A stretch of 64,000 nt of DNA from NCBI GenBank assembly GCA_021812145.1, contig JAKAOM010000001.1, positions 21,898 to 85,897 on the forward strand, written 5' to 3'. Below the pieces are notes generated by a model. It ran no database searches. It had not been told where the DNA came from and saw nothing but the letters and a program-made list of their open reading frames with translations. Both the position numbers and the translations under genes were made by a program. This stretch comes from Candidatus Micrarchaeota archaeon. Its GTDB lineage: Archaea; Micrarchaeota; Micrarchaeia; Norongarragalinales; UBA8480. The first letter of the stretch is position 1; the number at the start of each line of letters is the position of its first letter. Positions 43,485-52,558 of this stretch are shown here, piece after piece.

Positions 43485-45968
43485 ATGAAAAGTTTGAATG
43501 TAAAGAAAATCGCGGTTGCCGCTGTCGGCGCTGCGATGATTGGAGCGGCTTTCGCTGGAGCTGTTTCAGTTCCTTCGAGTTTGTCCAGCTATCAGTTTTT
43601 CAGCAACGGTTCACCTCAGGTGAAGATCGTGGTTGGAAGTGCTGCGGCTGCTAGCGACGCTGTCGCTGCTGCTAACATTGCGGCTATGGTTGGAAACCTT
43701 GCCTACACCAGCACTCCTGTTACAATTAACGGAGAGAGCGGTTTGGCTTGTAGTGGAAGCGCTGGTACTGCTTCATGCAGTGGCGGTTCTGCAACAGTTC
43801 AGGTTACCACTCCTGGTATAAACCCTGCGAGTGCCTACCAGATGACTACTTTGATTAACAGCGCTTTGAACGCCAACTACACTGGCGGTTTGACAAGTCA
43901 GAGTAGGAGCAGTTCAACTAGTTTCACTACTGGATTGAACAACATGATCAGCTCTAGTTATTCTGATTCTTTGAACGCGAAGATAACTCCTTCCAACACC
44001 CCTGTGTTGCAGACTACTAGTTTGAACATTGGAGGAAACTCTATCTCAGAAGAAGAGGACATGTATGCTGCGTCAACTAACCAGTTCTCCAGTATAACTA
44101 ACTCTATTCAGTCTAACAGTATGGGAGCTTACTACGTTGCTTCATTCACTCCTTCTCTTCCAATCTGTACTGACAATGCATACAATGCAAACACTTCAAG
44201 CAGCAGTTATTGTGACGCTAGCGGGAATTTGAACTTAATCGGTGACTCTAGGAACGTTATTCAGTTCTTGGGACAGCCTTGGGTTGTTGAATCTCCTTCT
44301 AACTCTACTGCGCCTGTTTTAAGCTCTGACGGAAAAGGAGTTACCCAGCTTGTTTTGGGTCAGGAGAGTGCTTACTCACCTACCTTGGATATCGGCCAGG
44401 TCGTTACTGCTTCAAACGGTGTTAAAGTTACTTTGAATTCCATTACAGGAGCTTCTGGAGGAAGTGGAGGATTCTACGCTTCTTTCAACGTTACTGCAAC
44501 TGATGGAACTACCCAGATAATTACTTTGAACGAGCAGGCTTCTCAGACTGTTGACGGATTGACTGTCCATGTTGGCAAGATCTTCCCTGGTTTGACTAGC
44601 GGAGTTCAGTATGCTGAAGTTTCGATTTACAGCAACCAGATTACCTTGCAGAACGCGGGTCAGACTATCAGCGGAACCTTGAATTATGGAAACTGGCAGT
44701 CTACTTTCCAGGGTGCTATGAATTCCAACACTCAGGGAATTTCCAAGATAATCGTCTACAATTACAACACTATGAATAGCGTTGTTCCTGGCAGCTCTTA
44801 CAGTTTGATTACAAACTCACCTTTGTACAATTTGAATTACATTGGCGTGACTAACGTGTCTTACTCCCAGTTGACTTTCTCAATAGTTCCTTCAATGAGC
44901 TTGAGATTGAACACTACTGGATGCAGTGAGACTGCGACTTTTAACGCAATTCAGATTACAGCGCCTTCGAACACTTTGTACGACTCTGCGACTGGAGACT
45001 CTTTCAGCACTGGTTATTTGGACTACGCGAACGTTGGATCAACTATTGACAACTCTACTTGCGGAAGCGCTTACAACGCGACTGTTGGTGATATCTACTA
45101 CCAGAATCCTTCGAACACTGCGTTCAACATCAACAACACAGCTTCAGGAATTCAGTTCAGGTACAGCTCTTCTTTGAGCAACTTCCCGACTTTCTCTTAC
45201 AGTGCGCCTTACGTTGGGATTAACGAGACCACTAGCAGAACTGACGGAAGCAGTTTTACTGGACAGATTCAGGCTTACTTGAATGTTAGCCAGAACCAGT
45301 TCACTGATGGAATTGGATCTACGACTTCTGACTCTGTTTTCTACACCGACCCTTCAGGAGGACCGGTTAACTACTCAAACACTGCTGAAAAGCAGGGTTT
45401 CATAACCAACAGAGGAAGCGTTATTTCTGGAATTTCAAGCAACGCTGTCACCATCAACTACGCGAACACTCTTGCTGGAGTGGTTTACACTTTGACTCCT
45501 AGCGGAGTTAACGCTTCAAGCGCTAACACTGCTAACTACACTTTGACTCCTGGCCAAAGCCAGAATTTAGGTGATGGTTACAGTATCACTCTTGCTAGTG
45601 TTGGAAGTGCAAGCTCCACTACAACTGGAGGAAACGCTTCAATTTCAGGCCTTAGTGGTTTGAGTGCTTCACCTGCCAATGCAGAGACTGTTGTTCCTTT
45701 GAACACTGCGTCAACGCCTTTGGTTGAGTTCGACAGTCAAGCTTCGACCACCCAGCCTTTGATTGTGGTTGGAGGGCCTGCGGTTAACACTGTTGCGGCT
45801 AGTTTGGCTAGTCAGGGAAGCGTGAGTTTGAACGCTCCTGGCGATGCTGTCGTGCAGGAAATCGGCAATGACATTCTTGTTGCTGGATACACTGCTGCCG
45901 ACACCCAGAGTGCTGCGAACGCGTTGATTGCGTGGATGGCTCAGAACGCTGCGAGCATTGCTCACTGA
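43485..45968 (+). CDS. S-layer protein (Methanococcus/Thermococcus type)
   Basis: MKSLNVKKIA-x-x-AVGAAMIGA; IVVGSAAAASD; C-terminal LIVVGGPAVN and VAG-x-x-x-x-DT-x-x-AA; GAGGTG RBS; strongly biased codons. Confidence 0.9.
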   Translation: MKSLNVKKIAVAAVGAAMIGAAFAGAVSVPSSLSSYQFFSNGSPQVKIVVGSAAAASDAVAAANIAAMVGNLAYTSTPVTINGESGLACSGSAGTASCSGGSATVQVTTPGINPASAYQMTTLINSALNANYTGGLTSQSRSSSTSFTTGLNNMISSSYSDSLNAKITPSNTPVLQTTSLNIGGNSISEEEDMYAASTNQFSSITNSIQSNSMGAYYVASFTPSLPICTDNAYNANTSSSSYCDASGNLNLIGDSRNVIQFLGQPWVVESPSNSTAPVLSSDGKGVTQLVLGQESAYSPTLDIGQVVTASNGVKVTLNSITGASGGSGGFYASFNVTATDGTTQIITLNEQASQTVDGLTVHVGKIFPGLTSGVQYAEVSIYSNQITLQNAGQTISGTLNYGNWQSTFQGAMNSNTQGISKIIVYNYNTMNSVVPGSSYSLITNSPLYNLNYIGVTNVSYSQLTFSIVPSMSLRLNTTGCSETATFNAIQITAPSNTLYDSATGDSFSTGYLDYANVGSTIDNSTCGSAYNATVGDIYYQNPSNTAFNINNTASGIQFRYSSSLSNFPTFSYSAPYVGINETTSRTDGSSFTGQIQAYLNVSQNQFTDGIGSTTSDSVFYTDPSGGPVNYSNTAEKQGFITNRGSVISGISSNAVTINYANTLAGVVYTLTPSGVNASSANTANYTLTPGQSQNLGDGYSITLASVGSASSTTTGGNASISGLSGLSASPANAETVVPLNTASTPLVEFDSQASTTQPLIVVGGPAVNTVAASLASQGSVSLNAPGDAVVQEIGNDILVAGYTAADTQSAANALIAWMAQNAASIAH

Positions 45969-45997
45969 GTTTTCTGAAAAGTTTTTTTTTAAACTAG

Positions 45998-46029
45998 GGA
46001 GGGGGTTTTTTTTCTCCCCTCCTTTTTTT
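45998..46029 (+). terminator. Hairpin plus T-tract terminator of the S-layer gene
   Basis: GGAGGGG...CCCCTCC followed by TTTTTTT. Confidence 0.6.
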
Positions 46030-46054
46030 CTATTTTTTTTCTTTCTATTAGAAA

Positions 46055-47263
46055 TTGATGTTTAGTATGGTGGATTGGAAGGGTTTTGTTTGGAAGTTTA
46101 TTGCTTTTATTCTAATTGTTGCTTTCGTCGTTCAGTTTTTTCCATTGTCGAATAATTCAAACAGCGGGAGCGTGGTTAATTCTACTGTTGGCAATTTTTC
46201 AGGTTCTGTTTCTCTTAACGCCAGCATTAGTTTTTTTGACGGGAATAACTACGTTTTTTGCAATTCTTCTGATCAAGCAGGAGTTTCCAGCGCTTTGAGT
46301 GGTTTTTTCGGCAATAGAAGTTTGTTTGAGGGCAGCGTTCCTCAGGTTGGTTTGGAGTTTCTTGTGCAAGCCTCCAACTATTCTACTGTGGTGAATAGGG
46401 TGCGTTTCGCTTTGAGCGGTTTATGCAATCCTGTTGTTTTTAGGGAGGCTGGCGTGCAGGTTTCTGACTCCAGCGTTTCTGTTAATTCTTCAAGTGGATT
46501 GTTCTCCCTGAATGGGTACCTGTTTGGGCAGTTTGCTGTTCAGAACGGGGTTGTTGGCAGTGTTAATAATTTGACCATTTTTGGGGTTCCTGCTTTGATT
46601 GCGGATAGTTCTGCTTTGCCCGAGGGTAATGTTTCTTTAAGTGGAGTTGTTGGTTTTGCCAATAATTCTATTCAGAGTGTGAGGCTGGTTCAGTTTGATT
46701 ACACTCCTTCTTTTGGCTTTGTCAGCGGGGTTTTGAATGGTTCTGTAGTTAATTTTACTGGTTTTAAGGCTGTTTTGCAGGTTCCTTGGAGTGTTAGAAG
46801 CGCTAATTTCTCTGTTTTTAACTCTTCACCGTCTGTTGTCTTGAATGATTCGGTGGTTGTTCCTGGAAACGTGTCTAGCGTTTTTGCTTTGAATCGCTCT
46901 TTTGACGGTAATTTCACTGTTTTGACTTTCCCTTCCAATTTCACCAACAAGAGTTTGCTGAATTTTTCAAACGCTGTTTTTTCAAACTCTACTTTTACTT
47001 TTGTTTTTAACTCTTCTGACTCTTTTGGCAATGTTTCTTCTTATTTGAAGGGTTTGGGTTTTGGCTTTAACCTATACCGCGAGGCTTTATTTTCTTTCAA
47101 TGAAAGTGATTTTCTTGATCGCTTTGGCTTTTACAATTCCTCTCTTTTGAGCGGTTTGGCTGGCGACGTGGCGGTTGGTGATAATTTGTCTCTTAACGTT
47201 TCAGGGGTTGCTGAGGATGGAGTTCTTGTGGGGGTTAGTGCAGTCCAGGCTAATCTTTCCTGA
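46055..47263 (+). CDS. Membrane-anchored hypothetical protein rich in N-glycosylation sequons
   Basis: N-terminal TM; many N-x-S/T. Confidence 0.7.
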   Translation: MMFSMVDWKGFVWKFIAFILIVAFVVQFFPLSNNSNSGSVVNSTVGNFSGSVSLNASISFFDGNNYVFCNSSDQAGVSSALSGFFGNRSLFEGSVPQVGLEFLVQASNYSTVVNRVRFALSGLCNPVVFREAGVQVSDSSVSVNSSSGLFSLNGYLFGQFAVQNGVVGSVNNLTIFGVPALIADSSALPEGNVSLSGVVGFANNSIQSVRLVQFDYTPSFGFVSGVLNGSVVNFTGFKAVLQVPWSVRSANFSVFNSSPSVVLNDSVVVPGNVSSVFALNRSFDGNFTVLTFPSNFTNKSLLNFSNAVFSNSTFTFVFNSSDSFGNVSSYLKGLGFGFNLYREALFSFNESDFLDRFGFYNSSLLSGLAGDVAVGDNLSLNVSGVAEDGVLVGVSAVQANLS

Positions 47264-47267
47264 CTTT

Positions 47268-47945
47268 TTATTCCACTCTTGTTTTTATTAGCATTTTTAG
47301 CGCTTTTACTCCGTCTTTCCAGTTTATTTTTTTTCCTTCGCTGAAGCTTCTTGGATTGAAAGTTATTGGGATTTCAGTTATTTTTAGTCCTTTCTTAAGT
47401 ATTTTTCCGGTTATTTCAGGTTCGAATTCGAAGCCTTTTGCTTTTAAGTTCATTTTTTTAACCGCGTTTTTTCTGAATATTTTATATCCTGTTTCCATGT
47501 CGGATATTTTACTTAGGTAGATTGCGCTTGTGAGCGCGTTTAGGATTAGGTTGCCTATGGTGTGCACTATTATTTTCGTAGGGATGTTTTTGTTGAATCT
47601 TACTCCGTATACTACCTGAATTTTTTTGTCGTTGAATGGTTTAAGCAGTTTTTCGTAGTTTTCTGGGTCGTACTCTAAGTCGGCGTCCTGTATTAGTATT
47701 ATGTTTCCTGTTGATTTTTTTATTCCGTTTATAACCGCGGCTCCCTTTCCTTTGTTTTTTTTATGAAATATTTTTTTAACCCCTTTTATTTTTTGTATTA
47801 TGCTTTTGCTTTTGTCCGTGCTGCCGTCGTCTATTATTATTATTTCTTTTTTGAGTTTGAGCGTGTTTGATTTTTTTACCTTTTCAACCACTTTTTTTAT
47901 TTTTTTTTCTTCGTTGTAGACTGGTATTATTATGGATATTTTCAT
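47268..47945 (-). CDS. Glycosyltransferase family 2 (polyprenol-P-sugar synthase-like)
   Basis: ISIIIPVYNE, DDGSTD, GKGAA, QDADLEYDP, DMETGYK, FEPEIT, EGKKI-x-WKDG. Confidence 0.9.
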   Translation of the reverse strand: MKISIIIPVYNEEKKIKKVVEKVKKSNTLKLKKEIIIIDDGSTDKSKSIIQKIKGVKKIFHKKNKGKGAAVINGIKKSTGNIILIQDADLEYDPENYEKLLKPFNDKKIQVVYGVRFNKNIPTKIIVHTIGNLILNALTSAIYLSKISDMETGYKIFRKNAVKKMNLKAKGFEFEPEITGKILKKGLKITEIPITFNPRSFSEGKKINWKDGVKALKMLIKTRVE

Positions 47946-48034
47946 TTTTATGAGTTTCACTTTTTTTGGTATTATGTTTGTTTTAAATTTTGGAGTTAAT
48001 GTTTTTAAACTATTGCGTCTTATTCTATTTTTTA

Positions 48035-49588
48035 ATGTCTGTTGCAGCTTGGTTTGAAAGGGTTGTTAATAATTTGAGCTTTAGGGACAAGCTTGCTTTA
48101 GTTTTGGCTTTTTGCGTTTTTTTGTTTTTGGTTTATTTTAACCAGAATACCGGCGTGTGGTGGGATGGAGCTTCTTTCATTCAGGTGGCTCAGAAGTTCT
48201 TGGGTCAGTCGTTTTGCGTTCCAGCGGATAACAGACTTCCGGGTTTTCCCCTTCTTATGCTTCCTGTGATAGCGTTTTTTTCTGTTAATTTTACTTTGCT
48301 TCATTTGGAGGTTTTTGTTTTTGCTTTTCTAAGTCTTATCGCCACCTATCTTTTAGGCCGTCAGCTTTATGATGACCGTTTGGGTTTGGCTGCTGAGTTT
48401 CTTGTTGGTTTTTCGTGGTTGTTTTTCTTTTATTCCGAGCGTATTTTGGCGCATGTTCCGGGATTGTTTTTCAGCACTTTAGGATTGTATTTGCTGTTGA
48501 GCGGTTGGGATAAGAGTTTGAAGAGGGTTTTTCTTGGCGGTTTGATGCTTGGTGTTTATCTTACTATAAGAATTGACTCCCTGTTTTTGCTTTTGCCGGT
48601 TGCTTTGTTCTTTCTTATTGAGAAGAGGGAGCGTTTGTTTGTTGAATTGCAGTCTTATTACTCTGTTGCCGGGTTTTTGGTTCCGGTTATTCTTTTCATG
48701 ATTTGGCAATTCGCTGTCTTTGGATCTCCGATTGCTATGTTATCCAATAATCTTTTGATTAATGGCAATTCTAACGTTGGTCTGCTGGCTGGTTTGACGC
48801 ATAGTTTCAGTTGGGATTATTTTACTTTTTCAATGCTTTCGCATTCTTTTGGTTTGTTTGTTTTGGTTTTTCTTGTTTTGGGCTTGGTTTATCTCTTTTA
48901 CAAGCATGATAGAAGCGCTAGGTTCCTTCTTTTGATTTTTGTTTTGTTTTTATTTCTTCTTTCTTTAAGCCCTCAGAAGGAGGATAGATTTTTGATTCCC
49001 CTACTTCCCATAGTAATGGTTATAACCGCTGTTTTTGCTTTGAAGGTAGCAGAATTTTTGAAGAGCCTTTTGAGTTTGGGTTTTGACGTGAATTTTGTGT
49101 TCGTGCCTATTGTCTTTGTTTTGGCGGTTCAATCCATGTTTTATGGTTTTCCTATTTTTCAGTCGAAGGTTACCACTTATACCGTTCCAGTTCAGATGAG
49201 CTCTGTTATAGGCTCTAATCTTAATAACGCTACGATAGTTGCTCCGTTTGCGGATAGCGCTCCCGACCCCCAGCTTTGCCTGTTCGCTTCTGATGAGAAT
49301 TATGTCAATTATCCTTCAACTCTTGCGGGTTTGGAGGCTATGCCGCTTAACACGTATGTCTACTATTCATTTCCTTACGATGGTAATGTTAATTATCTGT
49401 CTATTCAGCAGTTTTTTGTGCAGAATAATCTAGGGCAGACTGTTCTTGATAATGCTGCGTGCAGGGATTTTCTTAACTCGACCGGTCTTCAGGTTGTAAG
49501 CGTTTTGGTGGAAAATCAGACTAGTGCGGTTAGCATTCTTTACCGAAAGGTTGAGCCTGGAAGCGTTACAAGTTTCGGCGTTTGCTGA
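48035..49588 (+). CDS. GT-C glycosyltransferase (ArnT/PMT, GT39-like)
   Basis: WWD loop, RLPGFP, YLLGRQLY, KEDRFLIP; polytopic. Confidence 0.78.
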   Translation: MSVAAWFERVVNNLSFRDKLALVLAFCVFLFLVYFNQNTGVWWDGASFIQVAQKFLGQSFCVPADNRLPGFPLLMLPVIAFFSVNFTLLHLEVFVFAFLSLIATYLLGRQLYDDRLGLAAEFLVGFSWLFFFYSERILAHVPGLFFSTLGLYLLLSGWDKSLKRVFLGGLMLGVYLTIRIDSLFLLLPVALFFLIEKRERLFVELQSYYSVAGFLVPVILFMIWQFAVFGSPIAMLSNNLLINGNSNVGLLAGLTHSFSWDYFTFSMLSHSFGLFVLVFLVLGLVYLFYKHDRSARFLLLIFVLFLFLLSLSPQKEDRFLIPLLPIVMVITAVFALKVAEFLKSLLSLGFDVNFVFVPIVFVLAVQSMFYGFPIFQSKVTTYTVPVQMSSVIGSNLNNATIVAPFADSAPDPQLCLFASDENYVNYPSTLAGLEAMPLNTYVYYSFPYDGNVNYLSIQQFFVQNNLGQTVLDNAACRDFLNSTGLQVVSVLVENQTSAVSILYRKVEPGSVTSFGVC

Positions 49589-49686
49589 ACCTATGAATTC
49601 TGTGCGTTGTGGTTGTTGGGGTTATGTTTTTTTAAGCTTAATTGTTTTAATTAACACACATATCTTACGTTTGGTGTTTTTAAGAA

Positions 49687-50241
49687 ATGCGTTTTTTGGA
49701 GGTTGAGCTCGGTTTTAAGAAGCGGGAAGCTAGCGATTTTAGCAAGAGCGTCGTTTGCGTGGTTACTGGAGAGGGGGCTCTTCCACGGGCTTTGGATGAA
49801 ACTCTTGAGAAAACAAAGGTCGGAGGCAACGGTGTTTTGAGTTTGACTCCTGAAAATAGTTTTGGTTTTAGGAGCTCTGAATTGATAAAAGTTGTTAATT
49901 TGAATTTTTTCAGGAGGGAGGGTTTGAATCCTGTTCCTGGAATGGTCTTGCTTTTTGACGGAGTGCCTGGAAGGATTAAAAGCGTTAGCGGTGGAAGGGC
50001 AGTTGTGGATTTGAATCCAGAGCTTGCCGGCGAGTTTTTGGATTGTTCTTTCAATGTTTTGAAGGAGTTCAAGAGTGATGAAGAAATTGTAACCGGCTTT
50101 GGGGGTAAGTTGGGTTCTGTTTCTTTTAGGGACGGTTCGGTTGTTGTAAAGCTTAATTCAGATGTTAGTGAAGGGGAGAAGGAGAAATTCAAAATTTTAG
50201 TTGGAAAGCGCTCTTCTTTTAAGGGTGTTGTCTTCGAGTAG
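49687..50241 (+). CDS. slyD: FKBP-type peptidyl-prolyl isomerase (SlyD-like, N-terminally reduced)
   Basis: LTPE-x-x-FG-x-R, PVPGM, GRIKSVSGGR-x-x-VD-x-N-x-x-LAG. Confidence 0.75.
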   Translation: MRFLEVELGFKKREASDFSKSVVCVVTGEGALPRALDETLEKTKVGGNGVLSLTPENSFGFRSSELIKVVNLNFFRREGLNPVPGMVLLFDGVPGRIKSVSGGRAVVDLNPELAGEFLDCSFNVLKEFKSDEEIVTGFGGKLGSVSFRDGSVVVKLNSDVSEGEKEKFKILVGKRSSFKGVVFE

Positions 50242-50262
50242 ATTTCGTTAGAGTGTTTTTGC

Positions 50263-50451
50263 ATGTTTGTTTTTGTGAAGAGTGGCGAGAGGAGGAAGCG
50301 GGTGGTGGTGAAGGCTGGAGCGTTGGCGGGCAGCGTGGTCAAGTTGAGTGAGGTTGGCGTGCTGAAGGTGAATGGGAAGGTAGCTCACCCTAAAAAAGTG
50401 TTGAAGGAAGGGGACGTGGTGGAGTTCGTTCGCGTTGTTTACGGCGGATAG
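50263..50451 (+). CDS. Ubiquitin-like sulfur carrier (ThiS/MoaD/SAMP)
   Basis: KVNGK, LKEGDVVE, C-terminal GG. Confidence 0.85.
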   Translation: MFVFVKSGERRKRVVVKAGALAGSVVKLSEVGVLKVNGKVAHPKKVLKEGDVVEFVRVVYGG

Positions 50452-50494
50452 TTTTTCTTTTAATTTTTGTTTTTCAACGATAGGCGTTTTTTTT

Positions 50495-51415
50495 ATGGTC
50501 GAGTGCAGTTTGTGCGGCAGGGAAGCGGTTGTAGAGTTGAATTACAACGGTTTTTCTCTGTGCGAGGGTTGTTTTGTAAGGCAGTTTGAACGCAGGGTTA
50601 GGAAGGCTTTGAGACTGGCTGGTTTTTTCAAGCGAGGTGCGCGTGTGTTGGTTGGGGTTAGTGGAGGCAAGGATAGCGCTGCTTTGTTGAGTGTGTTGGC
50701 TAAGTTTAACTCGCGCGTTGGAGCGGTTTTGCTACCTGTTCTTGTTGACGAGGGTATTGACGGTTATAGAAATAAGGCGAGGGTGACTGCTGAGAAACTT
50801 TGCGCTTCTCTTGATTTGGAACTTAATGTTTATAGTTTTAGGGATTTGTTTGGTTTTGGTTTGGACGAAGTGGAGGGTTTGGATTCTGCCAGGGATGCCT
50901 GCGCTTTTTGCGGAGTTTGGAGAAGGTGGGTTTTGAATAAGGCTGCTGTTGACTTGCATGCTGACGCGGTGGTGGTTGGGCATAACGCTGACGATGTTGG
51001 CCAGAGTTTTCTTATGAATTTGCTGAGGAATAGCTCAAGCGTTTTGAGTAGGAGTGGGTTGGAGAGTGGGGGGGTTAAGGGTTTGTTTGTCCCGCGTTTC
51101 AAGCCTTTGGCTTTTAATTTGGAAAGGGAGAGTGCGATTTATTGTTTTTTGAGAGATATTCCCTTCTATCTTGGAGGCTGCCCTTACTATGCTGGTTTCA
51201 GGGTTGGAATTAAGGACTTTCTGAACGAGGTTGAGGGGGTTTATCCTGGCAGCAAGTTTGCTTTGAGCAAGGCTTCTTTTGAGGTTCAGAAGGCTCTTCC
51301 GTCGGATAAACGCCGCGTTTTTAAGTGTTCAAAGTGTGGGTTTAGTTCTTCCAGCGATGTTTGCATGGCCTGTTCGCTGCGCGATGAAGTGGGTGTTTTG
51401 TTTAAGAAGGGCTAG
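50495..51415 (+). CDS. ncsA: tRNA 2-thiolation protein (NcsA/TtuA/Ctu1 family)
   Basis: N-terminal CxxC pairs, SGGKDS PP-loop, CAFCGV-x-RR, GHNADD, CPY, C-terminal CxxC pairs. Confidence 0.88.
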   Translation: MVECSLCGREAVVELNYNGFSLCEGCFVRQFERRVRKALRLAGFFKRGARVLVGVSGGKDSAALLSVLAKFNSRVGAVLLPVLVDEGIDGYRNKARVTAEKLCASLDLELNVYSFRDLFGFGLDEVEGLDSARDACAFCGVWRRWVLNKAAVDLHADAVVVGHNADDVGQSFLMNLLRNSSSVLSRSGLESGGVKGLFVPRFKPLAFNLERESAIYCFLRDIPFYLGGCPYYAGFRVGIKDFLNEVEGVYPGSKFALSKASFEVQKALPSDKRRVFKCSKCGFSSSSDVCMACSLRDEVGVLFKKG

Positions 51416-51599
51416 AGTTTTTCTTGATTCTTTTTTCTATAGCTCCCGCAAGCTTGTTTACCTGCACGTTGTTTTTAAGATTGTATTTTTCTTTTATTTT
51501 TCTTTTTACTTCATTGAAGTTTTCACTTGAATTTTTGAAGTCTTGCTCATATATTTTTTCAGCAGTCTTGTGTATTTCAAAGCTTTTTGTTCTTCCCAT
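51402..51599 (-). CDS. rps17e: 30S ribosomal protein S17e
   Basis: MGRTK...K-x-A-x-KI...NF-x-x-x-K...NKLAGAI. Confidence 0.75.
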   Translation of the reverse strand: MGRTKSFEIHKTAEKIYEQDFKNSSENFNEVKRKIKEKYNLKNNVQVNKLAGAIEKRIKKNSSPS

Positions 51600-51655
51600 T
51601 TTTTCCAACCAACCTCTTTTTTTTGAATTTTATTTTTCTCCGCGTTGCGCGTGAT

Positions 51656-51746
51656 TAGCCCCGAGCGGATTCGAACCGCTGTCAACAGGTCCAAAGCCTG
51701 CTATCCTTAGCTTTTTTTTTAAATTTAGCCGCTAGACGACGGGGCT
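51656..51746 (-). tRNA. tRNA-Gln(UUG) with an 18-nt D-arm intron at 21/22 (51707-51724)
   Basis: AGCCCCG/CGGGGCT acceptor stem, GCAGG-CTTTGGA-CCTGT anticodon arm; BHB GGCT/AGCT helix with AA^A and AA^G bulges. Confidence 0.88.
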
Positions 51747-51860
51747 TTTTTTGAACCTCTTTGTTTTTTTGGTTGCTTTTAGTTTTTTAATTTTTTGCCG
51801 CGTGTTTTTTACGGTCTTCCTGTTGGTTTTTTATACTTGTTTGTTTTTTATTTGTGTTAT

Positions 51861-52418
51861 ATGGTCGGAGTCAAGCTTTTCAGGTTTACCCTGTTCTTGT
51901 TGGATAATATATTTGCCTTTTCAGCGGTTATACTGCTTATTTCTTTAGGGGTTAGCGTTTATCTTTTTTTGATGCGTTTTTTTCCAAGTGTCAGGCCAGT
52001 TTGGTTTGAGTGGGTTAGCGTGGCGCTTTTGGGTTTATTGCCTTTGATTGTTTTTTTTGGATTGATTGTTTTTATGCTTTTGATTTTCGATGTTTTGGTG
52101 TCTGTTTTTCCAGAACAAAGTTTGACTGTGCCTTTCACTGTCGAGGTTGTAAAAGCTAGAATCACCAGGGTTTTTGCTGAAAAGGAAGTGCCGTGGTTTT
52201 TGTTCAGCGCTGTTTTTGGTTTTGAGGGTTTTTTAATGGTTTTTTTCAGGAAGATTTTCAGGTTGCGACCGCCTATTTCTTATTTTTCCAGAAAGCCTTT
52301 CGTGTTGATTAGGCTTTATGATAGGGGTGCTTCAACCAGCGTTTCTATTGTTTCAGATTCAAATATTAGAGCAAGGACTTTGGCTAAGTATGTTGAGACT
52401 TCTATTAAGTACCTGTGA
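51861..52418 (+). CDS. Hypothetical membrane protein
   Basis: Two N-terminal TMs plus a soluble domain; start placed at ATG 51861. Confidence 0.55.
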   Translation: MVGVKLFRFTLFLLDNIFAFSAVILLISLGVSVYLFLMRFFPSVRPVWFEWVSVALLGLLPLIVFFGLIVFMLLIFDVLVSVFPEQSLTVPFTVEVVKARITRVFAEKEVPWFLFSAVFGFEGFLMVFFRKIFRLRPPISYFSRKPFVLIRLYDRGASTSVSIVSDSNIRARTLAKYVETSIKYL

Positions 52419-52485
52419 TTCTTTAATTCGTTTTATAAGTAATAGGGTTATAAACCGTTTTTTTTGTTGTGTTTCAAAGTCAGTG

Positions 52486-52498
52486 GAAAGGTTTAAAT
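52486..52498 (+). promoter_or_regulatory. BRE-TATA promoter upstream of smc
   Basis: GAAAGGTTTAAAT. Confidence 0.5.
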
Positions 52499-52558
52499 TA
52501 CATTTTCGCTTTTTAATTTGAAGGGAGAGCCTTTCCAGTTTTAAGGGTTGATTGCACT

